A model generated the notes under the pieces. It saw nothing but the letters and a program-made list of their open reading frames with translations. It made no database searches and had not been told where the DNA came from. Shown here in pieces: positions 53,978 to 64,000 of a stretch of DNA of 64,000 nucleotides; the stretch's first letter is position 1; every line of letters begins with the position of its first letter. This stretch comes from Octopus vulgaris (taxonomy: Eukaryota). The stretch spans positions 115,010,001 to 115,074,000 of the forward strand of contig OX597815.1 of the NCBI GenBank assembly GCA_951406725.2, given 5' to 3'. The translations under genes and the position numbers were made by a program.

Positions 53978-55504
53978 TCTATTCAAATTTTAAAAGAACT
54001 CACAAGTTTTTCCTTTAAAGTAATAACATATTGGTAGGGTACCAATAAATGCTTTATTATTATTGCTCGCTTCAATTTTGGGTTGCAGGCCCAATTAGCC
54101 CTTCACAGGAGGAGCTAGCTTAAAAGTTTGCATGGAGTGCGGCTTTTAAGCTTGTATATAATCTATTTGTTTGTGTGTCTTTGTGTCTTTCTAGAACAGA
54201 CTTATAATAGTGTTAAGTAACATTGAAATTTTATTTTTAGAGAGATAAATGTTATACTACCTGTGTATTTGGATGCAAAATAGTTTCAAGTCTGGATTTG
54301 TTGTGTAACGTTAATACTCCTTCATTTTTCTTATTAAGCGGCATTGTAGGATTTAGAGTAAATCCCTGTTGTTACAAGTGATGAATGTTGCAGAAAGCAT
54401 CAAAAGTATCTGGAAAAATAATACAAGAAAGTTTTTGAAAATACAAGTTTTAAAATCAGTGGGGTTATCTTTTGCTTAATCCATTTTCTGGTTTGCTATT
54501 AACTATTTTTTTTTTCTTTCATTCTTTTTTTTTTTTTCATCTGAGAGACAAGATTTTCTTTGGTTGTGTATAATGCATGTGTAGCTGTGTGATAAGAGGT
54601 TTCCTTCCCAACAACTTGATTCTCGGTTCGATTCCACTGCATAGCACCTTGGACAAGTATCTTCTATCAGAGACCCAGACTTACCAAAGGTTTGTGAGTG
54701 CATTTGGTTGACAGAAACTGAAAGAAGCTCATTGTATAAGTACACACACACACACAATGATGATCATCATCATCATCATTTAACGTCCACCTTCCATGTT
54801 GGCACGGGTTGGATGGTTTAACAGGAGCTGTTAAACCTGGGATACTATGCCAAGCTCCAATGTCTGCTTTGACATGGTTTTTTACAGCTAGATGCCCTTC
54901 CTAATGCCAATCACTTTACAGCAAATTGGGCGCTTTTTATGTGACACCAGTACTAGTGAGGTCTGCTTTCGTATGGTTTTACAGCTGGATGCTCCTCCTA
55001 ATGCCAACCACTCTAGTGAGTGGACTTCGTGTTTTTTATGTGTCATCAAATAACTTGCAAAACAACCCCCGCCCCTCGACTAGGAGAAAGAGTGATATTG
55101 AAGGAAGTAACTCTGTGCCAGGTGGTGAGGCTAAATGATAGAGGGACAGAAACAGGTGTCTTGTAGAGGAGATACAAGGTTATGCTAGTTGGAGGGAGAA
55201 CAAGAGAGAAAGGGAGGGGGAGAAGAAAGTGAGAGTAAGAGAGAATGGGCGAGATGATGGCAATGTGTCAGGGTATACTCTCAAGGTGTAAGGATGTAAA
55301 TATAATTGGAATGGTAGAGGATTTCTCCGAGTGCATGAGTAGGGAGTTTATGGAGGTGTAAAAGGGAGAGAGGGGAGGGAAAGGTAAGGTGGAGGGTGGG
55401 CGTGGGGGAAAATGCAGTGAGTGATAAAACATGGGTATCTAAAGGAGTGACAGGATGAGCAATGATAAAGTTGGCAGAGGGAGGACAGAAGAGTGAGAGA
55501 GATA

Positions 55505-55738
55505 AGGCGGTGAGCTGGCAGAAATGTTAGCACGCTGGGCAAAACGCTTAGCAGTATTTGGTCTGCAGTTATGTTCTGAGTTCAAAAAACTTCCAAGGTT
55601 GACTTTGCCTTTCATCCTTTGGGGGTTGATAAATTAAGTACCAATTATGCATTGGAGTTGATGTAATCGACTTAATCCCTTTGTCTGTCCTTGTTTGTCC
55701 CCTCTCCGTTTAGCCCCTTGTGGGCAATAAAGAAATTA
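55505..55738 (+). mobile_element. SINE family B
   Basis: Reverse complement of 12944-13180. Confidence 0.82.
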
Positions 55739-57391
55739 GAAGAATGAGAGAGATGACGGAGCAGTGTTGGGCTGCAGGAGTGGGGAGGGAGAGAAAGTGC
55801 ATGAAGAAAAGATGTAGTTTTATTTATATATATGTGTGTGTGTGTGTATAAAATTATAAATACAGAGAGAAAAATACAATGATAAAATTTATGTTATCAT
55901 TGTATATTCTTATCTAACATTAAACAAGAATATCCAATGGTAAAATAGATTTTATCAATGTATATTTGTCCCTTTATCTATAATTTTATACACACCTTAT
56001 GGTTTTCTCTTGTATTGTACTATATATTCTATATGTTTAGTAGAATGAGACATTAAGGGGCTTTTTTTTAGTAAAACCAGATTAGTTGAATCCATATATT
56101 GTGACTTAAATTTATATATGTGTGTGAGTGTGTGAGAGTTGGCAATGAGTACACTGAAGAATTCAGGGTAGAGGTAGGGGTCCACCAAGGTTCAGTTCTC
56201 AGCCCCCTCCTATTTATCATAGTCCTCCAGGCAATAACGGAGGAATTCAAGACAGGATGCCCTTGGGATCTCCTCTATACAAAGAATGTTGAACATTACA
56301 GTTAATACTCAACTGCAAGGTAACTATATCAACTGTGGTTTATATATATTTATTTATTATAATAAGAAAAGAAAATAGAGAGGTAATTAATAAATTATTA
56401 TTTATGAATTAATTAATAAATAATAAAATATTAATTACCTTTCTATTTTCTGATCTAATTATATATAGTGAATGAAAGACAGAAGATGGAATAAACAAAA
56501 AATTATTATTAACCACGACAATCGTTTCAAGAAATCTAGCATCGATTCCTCATGGGTGGGACACTCAACAACTTGTTCAGGAGCATCCAGTAGTGCAGAT
56601 GTATCTTGTCAGCTGATAAATAAATACAACTTGTTAAAATGACTGTTCCGCAATGTAACTTTCCGTTTTGTAGAGAGAAAAGCAGCCAGACGGAGGAAAT
56701 ATATTCATTTATATAGATCAAAAATAAAATCACAGATGACAAAAAGAGAAACGAACATGCAATCCAGCAAGAAAAGTATTAAAAATAATCACTAACAGGT
56801 ATGGATGCATAAATGCCCTTGGGCAAGCTGCATGGCATGAGTACACTCACTCAAACAAGTGTCCGCAAAAATGTGGGCATACATACACGTGAGGTTTGGT
56901 GCACTCATGGTGCAAGCATGAAAATGTGGGAGTAAAATGATGCGATGATGATGGGTTTTGTGTTTAGTAATATTCAAATATTACTAAATATATCAATTCA
57001 AATTATGCATTTTTTCTTTTTCATCTTTCTATCTTTTATCTTTTACTTGTTTCAGTCATTAGACTGTGGCCATACTAGAGCACTGCCTTGAACAATTTTT
57101 AGTCAAATGAATCGACCCCTAGTACTTAATTTTGTTAAACCTGTTACTTATTATGTTGGCTCTTTTGCTGAACTGCTAAGTTACAGGGATGTAAACACAC
57201 CAACACTGGTTGTTAAGTGGTGGCAGGGGACAGACACAGACACAAGTACATGGACGGACACACACACACACAAACATATATATATATATAAAGTTAATCC
57301 AAACATGAAAGTACAAAAAAAACACAACAACGCAAGGACGTGGAACAAATATAGTATTATTGGATGCTCAGGAAAGAAGGAAAGAAGGAGG

Positions 57392-57426
57392 GTTTAACGT
57401 TTCGAGCGGAGCTCTTCGTCAGAAAC
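57392..57426 (-). ncRNA. Minimal type I hammerhead ribozyme (Penelope-associated type)
   Basis: GUUU-CUGACGA-A-GAGC-UCC-GCUC-GAAA-CG-UU-AAAC: complete core, 4-bp stem I, 4-bp stem II, palindromic ACGU stem III. Confidence 0.75.
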
Positions 57427-57502
57427 ATAGAAGGGAAGATAGAGGAAAAAAAAATCGCCAACGGTACACACGAGGTCACATTTTGAAAGCATATATATAT
57501 AT

Positions 57503-58295
57503 CATCATCATCGTTTAACGTCCATTCTCCATGCTAGCATGGGTTGGACGGTTCGACCGGGGATCTGGGAAGCCAGAAGGCTGCACCAGGCTCCAGTCTT
57601 ATCTGGCAGTGTTTCTACAGCTGGATGCCCTTCCTAACGCCAACCACTCCGTGAGTGTAGTGGGTGCTTTTTACGTGCCACTTGCACAGGTGCCAGGCGA
57701 GGCTGGCAACGGCCACGGTCGGATTGGTGCATTTTACGTGCCACCGGCACGGAAGCTGGTTGAGGCGGCACTGGCATCAGCCACGACTTGGATGGTGCTT
57801 TTTACGTGCCACTGGCACAGAAGCCAGTCGAGGCGGCTCTGGCATCGGCCACGATTCGGATAGTGCTTTTTATGTACCACCAGTCCAAGGGTCCTGGCAT
57901 CTGCCGGGTGCCAGTCATAGGATTGGTTCAATTTCGATTCCGATTTCGATTTCACTTGCCCCAACAGGTCTTCGCAAGCAGAGAAGTGGGGTTGGCATGG
58001 GTGCCTGTCGTTGGATGAGGTTCAATTTCGACTTCGCTTGCCTCAACAGGTCTTTGTGTGTCCAAGGGAGGAAAGGCATGCATAAGTGGGCTGGACTCAC
58101 TTGTCCTGCCTGGTCTTCTCACACACAGCATATTTCCAAAGGTCTCAGTCGCTGGTCACTTCCTCAGTGAGGCCTAAAGTTCAAAGGTCGTGCTTCACCA
58201 CCTCGTCCCAGGTTTTCCACGGGTTCCCTCACACACCTATCTTCATCCATTCTCGCCACATGACCATATCAGCGCAACCGTCTCTCTTGCACACC

Positions 58296-58298
<3 letters not shown>
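57503..58298 (-). mobile_element. 5'-truncated RTE copy in a TA run
   Basis: Family tail and 3' UTR repeats, plus QERRLR*YGHV; TA on both flanks. Confidence 0.88.
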
Positions 58299-58341
<43 letters not shown>

Positions 58342-59064
58342 TATATACATATATATATATATAAATATGATGGGCCTCTTCCAGTTTCCGCCTACCAAAT
58401 CCACTCACAAGACTTTGGTTGACCCAAAGCTATAGAATAAAGCACTTGCCCAATGTGTCATACACAGGGATTGATGTTTACTAATGATAACTCTCCCAGT
58501 CAAAACTGGTAATATCTATTTAAGACATAGAACAGTTTATTCATTGTAATTTTTCCTTTTCATTCAAAATCCAGTCATTTCTAGACATTTAACTCTCCAG
58601 TATTCAGATTATTCAGTCAAGTGTAATGCTTATAGATTCACATTGTTTTGAGTTAATTGTGCATTATCTTATAGCTTTGAAATCACCATGATGCATAGAA
58701 TATTTGAGCTGAATATGGTTGGTTTAAATTGTAAAGGGTTATAGGTATCTGACGTATAAATATCTTTGTTCAATCTGGACTGACAAATAATATTACTAAA
58801 ATTATTCTTACAACAGATTTCAGCATTTTCTAAGTTTGTACGAAGTTAATCAGCCCTCTTCGATAATGTTATAGTTTCAGTATTTCCACTGAAAACTTAC
58901 TTTGAACATGCTTTAAGTAAATATAATTTCAAAAAGTTTTTGCCATAATTATACAGATGAACAATTATTATTACATGTATACAAGTTTGTTTGTCTGTCA
59001 GTCTGCTGTCTCTCTATCTGTTAGTCTGCTGTCTATCTGTCTGCCTCTCTCTCTCTATATATAT

Positions 59065-60500
59065 ATCATCATCATCATTTAATGTCAGTTGTCCATGCTG
59101 ATATGGGTTGCATGGTTTGATTAAGGCTGGCAAGTAGGAAGGCTGTACCAGAATTCAGTCTGGTTTGGCATAGTTTCTACGGTTGGGTGTTCTTCCTAAT
59201 GCCAACCCCTCCAAGAGTGTAATGGGTGCTTTTATGTACCACCGGCATGGGTCCCAGTTGTGTAATACCAGTATCTTCCATGACTATGATTTTACTTGAC
59301 TTGATGGGTTTTCTTCTCAAGCATGACATAATGCCAAAGATATTGTGTCAGTGGCACGTAAAAGCACCATCCGTTCGTGTTCGTTGCCAGCCTCGGCTGG
59401 CCCCCGTGCAGGTGACACGTAAAAGCACCATCCATTCGTGGCCGTTTGCCAGCTCTGTCTGGCCCCGTGTCGGTGGCACGTAAAAGCACCATCCGTTCGT
59501 GTCCGTTGCCAGCATTGCCTGGCCCCGTGCCGGTGACACGTAAAAACACCATCCGTTCGTGGCAGTTCGCCAGCTCTGTCTGGCACCTGTGCAGGTGGCA
59601 CGTAAAAAACACCCACTACACTCGCGGAGTGGTTGGCGTTAGGAAGGGCATCCAGCCGTAGAAACACTGCCAAATCTGACTGGGCCTGATGAAGCCTTCC
59701 GGCTTCACAGACCCCAGTTAAACCGTCCAACCCATGCTAGCATGGAAAGCGGACGCTAAATGATGATGATGATGATGATGATGATATCAACCACTTCTAG
59801 TTTTTCCCCTGGCATGTAATAGAATCTGTTTTTTGTACATCTTCCCAGTTAACCTTCTTTTGATACTGCTGCACCTCTTATGTGTCCATAGCTTACACTG
59901 GTACATCATATGGAGTTTCTACCCATGCTTTTCCTACAGATTGATTAGGCTATCTACCTGAAGGGCTTTGTGATTTGACAGCCTTCCTACTTACTAAGAC
60001 TTTGGTTTTTGCCAAGATAACCCTAAGACCCTTCAATTCTAGACCTTACTCCCACACCTTGAACTTCGTCTCTAGTTCTGGCAGTGACTTGGCTATTAGA
60101 GCAAGGTCATCAGCATAGAGGAGCTCCCAGGGGCAGTATGTCTTGAATTCCTCTGTTATTACCTGGAGGACTATGATGAAGAGGAAGCTGAGGACTGATC
60201 CTTGGTGAACTCCTACTTCTACCTGGAATTCTTCACTATACTCGTTGCCAACCCTCACCTTACTGACAACATCCCTGTACAAGCTTGTATAGCTCTTACC
60301 ATCCACTCATCTATCCCCAGTTTCCACATTGACCACCAGATAAGGGATTGGGGGAGCCTGTCAAAGGTTTTCTCCTCATCAACAAAAGCCAAGTACAGAG
60401 GTTCATCTTTGGTTAGATATTTCTCCTGCAGTTGCCTTACCAGAAATATAGCATCAGTGGTATTTTTGTCTGGCACAAAACCAAGCTCCATTTCATCTGA
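59065..60500 (-). mobile_element. Older RTE fragment (tail 59065-59350, RT 59785-60500) interrupted by an opposite-strand young 3' UTR copy
   Basis: GVHQGSVLS...WELLYADDLAL, LQEKYL...FVD.EKTFDRLP. Confidence 0.85.
59351..59784 (+). mobile_element. Young RTE 3' UTR copy, same subfamily as 14243-14979, 4 repeat units
   Basis: Near-identical to ~14550-14970. Confidence 0.88.
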
Positions 60501-61019
60501 CTATAGTAACTGTTATAATTTAATCATCCATAGTCTGATATAATATTTCAGAATATAAAAATTCCTTCTTCAGATATCCCTAGGAATTGATCGAGTCACT
60601 GCTATAATCAGTTTCCCAACGGTTTTTTTTTCCGGAAGCGTCTCTGCAGTGGTCCCATGAAGCTCCTTCCAGAATTCCTCATGATAAGCACATGAAGGTG
60701 GCCATGTCTCAAGCTCGTGTGTACTGGCACATCCGTAGCGCTGCTTCTACGTTATGTATTATATGTGCAGTTTCTTTTTTTTTTGTTTCCTCCTTCTTTC
60801 TTTTTTTTTTTTTATAAATAATACACAAGCATGTTATCAAAAATGAACCTACATGCATCCAGATGTAGCTAAATAATATATTGACTGACAACCTCCAGCC
60901 TGTTGTTAATTTGGGGCCCTTCCTAGTCTGTCTATGAGGATAGCTTCCTTAATTCTTAGATTATCCAAATTGCTTTCATTAGCTTCAGTTGTGACTGTTA
61001 TGCTTTTGTCACCTTTGAC

Positions 61020-61310
61020 ATCCTCATACTCACATCCTCCGTGAAGAGGCTGACAGAATATTCATGACATATAGTTCACTATAGAACATCCCAACAACAC
61101 TGGATCACCATCACTACTTGACTTCCAACTGAAAATAATGGAAGGAGAGATCCACACCGAGTTCTACAGGAAAGCAGCCAGTAGAGATATGTTTGTCCAG
61201 TAAAGTTCAGCCCTTCCACTCCATGCCAAAATAGAATATGCCGGAAATGAACTTGCATGCATTTAGAGCAAATGCAGCAGGGCAGAGGACAAGATGACCC
61301 ACACTACACA
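61020..61310 (+). mobile_element. Penelope-like RT/thumb fragment
   Basis: EHPNNTGS.SLLDFQLKI...TEFYRKAASRDMFV..SSALP. Confidence 0.6.
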
Positions 61311-61990
61311 CCATCTACCAGAAGGAATTTGTGATTTGTCTACTCTCCTTCTTACTAAGACTTTGGTTCTTCTGTTATTGTCTGGAGGACTATGATGAAC
61401 AAGAGAGAGCTGAAGACTGACACTTGGTGAACCCCAACTTGTACCCTAAATTCAATGTTAGCCCTCATCTTACTGACAACATGCCTGTACATAGCTTGTA
61501 CAGCTCTCGCCAACTACTCACCTATCCCTAGCTTCTGCATTAACTACGAGATAAGGGAGTAGCAGACTCAGTCAAAGGCTTTCTCTATGTCAACAAAAGT
61601 CAGGTACAGGGGTTTATTTTTGGCTAGATATTTCTCCTGCATTTGCCAAACCAGGAATATAGCATCAGTCATGCTCCTGCTTGGCACAAATCCAAACTGT
61701 AACTCATCTACACTAACCCTCTTCCTAATAAATTGGTCTATGACTCTCCATAACTTTCATCACTTGATCTAACAATTTGATACCTCTGTAATTATTTCTG
61801 CCTAAGGTGTCACCTTTGCCTTTCTAGCAGTTGACTATAATGCTGTAACACCAATCATTTGGTATGACTCCTGCATGGAAAACCTGATTAACTATACAGG
61901 TGACTAGGCTATATCCTACGCCACCAGATATTTTAAGCATCATCAGTGATTCCTGATGGGCCAGGAAATTTCTCTGTCTTTATATCTTTA
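61310..61990 (-). mobile_element. Decayed RTE RT fragment
   Basis: Collinear with ~3050-3890, with deletions. Confidence 0.8.
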
Positions 61991-62714
61991 TGAGGTTGAT
62001 TATTTATAAATATATGTGTGTGTGTAGAAAGGAGAATAAAAATTTAGACGAAATACTTTTTTCATTCTAGTGTTCATGCCAGTTATACACATCCCAATGA
62101 AATTCTGAAATGTTATAGGTACTATGCATTCACCCTAGTAGAACTAGTGTGATATATTTTTTTCCAAATAGATTTAAAGTTTGAAAGTTAGTTGACTGAT
62201 ATTTTATAGCAGAGTATGCATTTCTTTTGAATGTGTATATAATAATTGGTTTGTCAGTTTGTTTATACAGATTGTAGGTTATTTCTGGAGTGTCAAGATT
62301 TATTTTACAGGCCTTTATCACAATGGTTGCATTTTATCAAGTTGGGCCTTGTTAATTGTTTATAAGCAGTTATTTGTTCCTGTGTAAACAAGTACTGAGT
62401 AATTCATAGTTGGCATTTAGATAATTTTCATTTTTGAGGAATATGGCAATCTTCTCCATCAAATGAAGTTGGCACTGGCATTTCAGTGTTTATAGGCCAG
62501 TACAGAACCTAAGATCAACCATATATTTTAAAGGTGCTATCATTGGTTTTCTGTAGCTGCCAAATGTAATTTGATAGGCTTGTGGAGTGTTTCCTGTCTG
62601 AGTTGATTAGTTGATACCTACGTGAACAGTACCTTGATTTGAAAGTGTTTCTTGTTGCTCTGATATAAGACTTTTGTTCAGATTTATTGGTCAACTGAAC
62701 TTAAGCATGGATTA

Positions 62715-63123
62715 TTACTGGATTATTCAGAACTGCTGCGCTTGAGGAGACCTATTGAGTCAAGTACATCAACATCAAAATAAAAATCATATGGAAATTG
62801 TAGTTGCAATACCTGTGCCGGTGGCACGTAAAAAGCACTATCCGAACATAGCTGATGCCAGCACCGCCTTGACTGACTTCTGTGCTGGTGACACATAAAA
62901 AGCACCAACCGATCATGGCTGTTGCCAGCCTCCCCTGGCACCTGTGCCAGTGGCATGTAAAAAACACCCACTACACACACGGAGTGGTTGACGTTAGGAA
63001 GGGCATCCAGCCATAGAAACACTGCCAGATCAGACTGGAGCCTAGTGCAGCCTCCTGGCTTCCCAGACCATGGTCGAACTGTCCAACCAATGCTAGCATG
63101 GAAAACAGACGTTAAACGATGAT
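62715..63123 (+). mobile_element. RTE-family 3' end with (GAT)n tail
   Basis: 3' UTR repeat units and family terminus, followed by a TA run. Confidence 0.82.
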
Positions 63124-63129
63124 ATATAT

Positions 63130-64000
63130 ATATATCATCAATCTTTAAATACTATCCTTGTGTTAGGGTACCTTTTGCTGTGGGTGGCTGGGTATTTTGC
63201 AGCACTGTATAATGCTAATCAGTATGGTCCATTGTCATTTCTTTAGTGAGGGGTAGCATCTTTTGGTCAGCCTTCACCATATCCTTCTAAGTTTTTCTTG
63301 GGCTCTCTTTTCTGTAAATTCCAGTAACTTTGAGTGCTTGGTACTTCATTATGCAGCAGTCATACTCCATGCATGTCATTTGCATATCCAGTACAGTCTT
63401 CTTTCTTGTGCAAATAATTAATTCCTCTTATACACAATTTTTCTTTGAGATCTGTCTGGTATTCATGCACACAAGCATTACACATCCAGTGAAGCATGCT
63501 TGCTTCATATGATATATTTATTGTTGATTCTCACTTTACTTACTGCACCTTTGTACATAGCTTGTACAGCTCTCATAAGTCATTCATCTACACCTAGTTT
63601 CCTTAGTGATCACCACATTACAGTATGTAGCACCCTGTCAAAGACCTTTTTCAAGTGAGCAAAGGTCAAGTATAGTGGGTTACTCTTAGCCAAGTATTTC
63701 TCCTGCAGTTGTCTCTCTAAGAAGACTGAATCTATAGTACCTCTTCCAGGCATGAAACTAATCTGCATTTCATTTATGCTAACCGTTTTTGATCAATTGT
63801 TCTTGATTTCTTCTGGTCCAACAATTTGATGCCTCTGTAACATCTTTTCTCTAAAGTATCTCTTTTGCCTTTGTAGCAGTTGACAATGATATTGCTACAC
63901 CAGTCAGTGGGTGTGACACTTTCCTGTATTACTCAACCTTTTGGATGGTCATCATCTATCCTTCTTCATCAGATATTTTGAGTATCTTAGAACTTATTCC
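63130..64000 (-). mobile_element. Old RTE-like RT fragment running off the window end
   Basis: LQEKYLAKS.PLYLTF...EKVFDRV on the minus strand at ~63630-63710; Cys-rich remnant near 63370. Confidence 0.65.

Larger units (their letters stand above)
57030..58470 (-). mobile_element. Family C SINE split by insertions (tail 57030-57290, head ~58365-58470)
   Basis: Both halves match 17975-18372. Confidence 0.7.

Overview
This is AT-rich, repeat-dominated eukaryotic DNA, not prokaryotic. The repeat families (RTE LINE with a (GAT)n tail, several tRNA-derived SINEs, Penelope, Helitron, Tc1/maT, long TA microsatellites) suggest a cephalopod, probably Octopus; that assignment is inferred. Two spliced host genes are visible, both on the minus strand. 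(1) A FAM228-family gene with four in-frame GT-AG exons at 6.8-12.0 kb. (2) An unrecognised gene at about 35-51.5 kb built from tandemly duplicated phase-0 exons whose flanking intron sequence is better conserved than the peptides, with a duplicated poly(A)-signal block. Most of the rest is transposon relics, often nested (for example Penelope < piggyBac-type MITE < RTE). Other notable items are a minimal hammerhead ribozyme (57392-57426, minus), two RTE insertions at the same site of one MITE family, a SINE whose central microsatellite repeatedly receives insertions, and a variable ~61-bp repeat array in the RTE 3' UTR. No CRISPR, rRNA or true tRNA gene was seen. Family names come from manual translation and recalled motifs, not database searches, and the ends of degraded elements are approximate.
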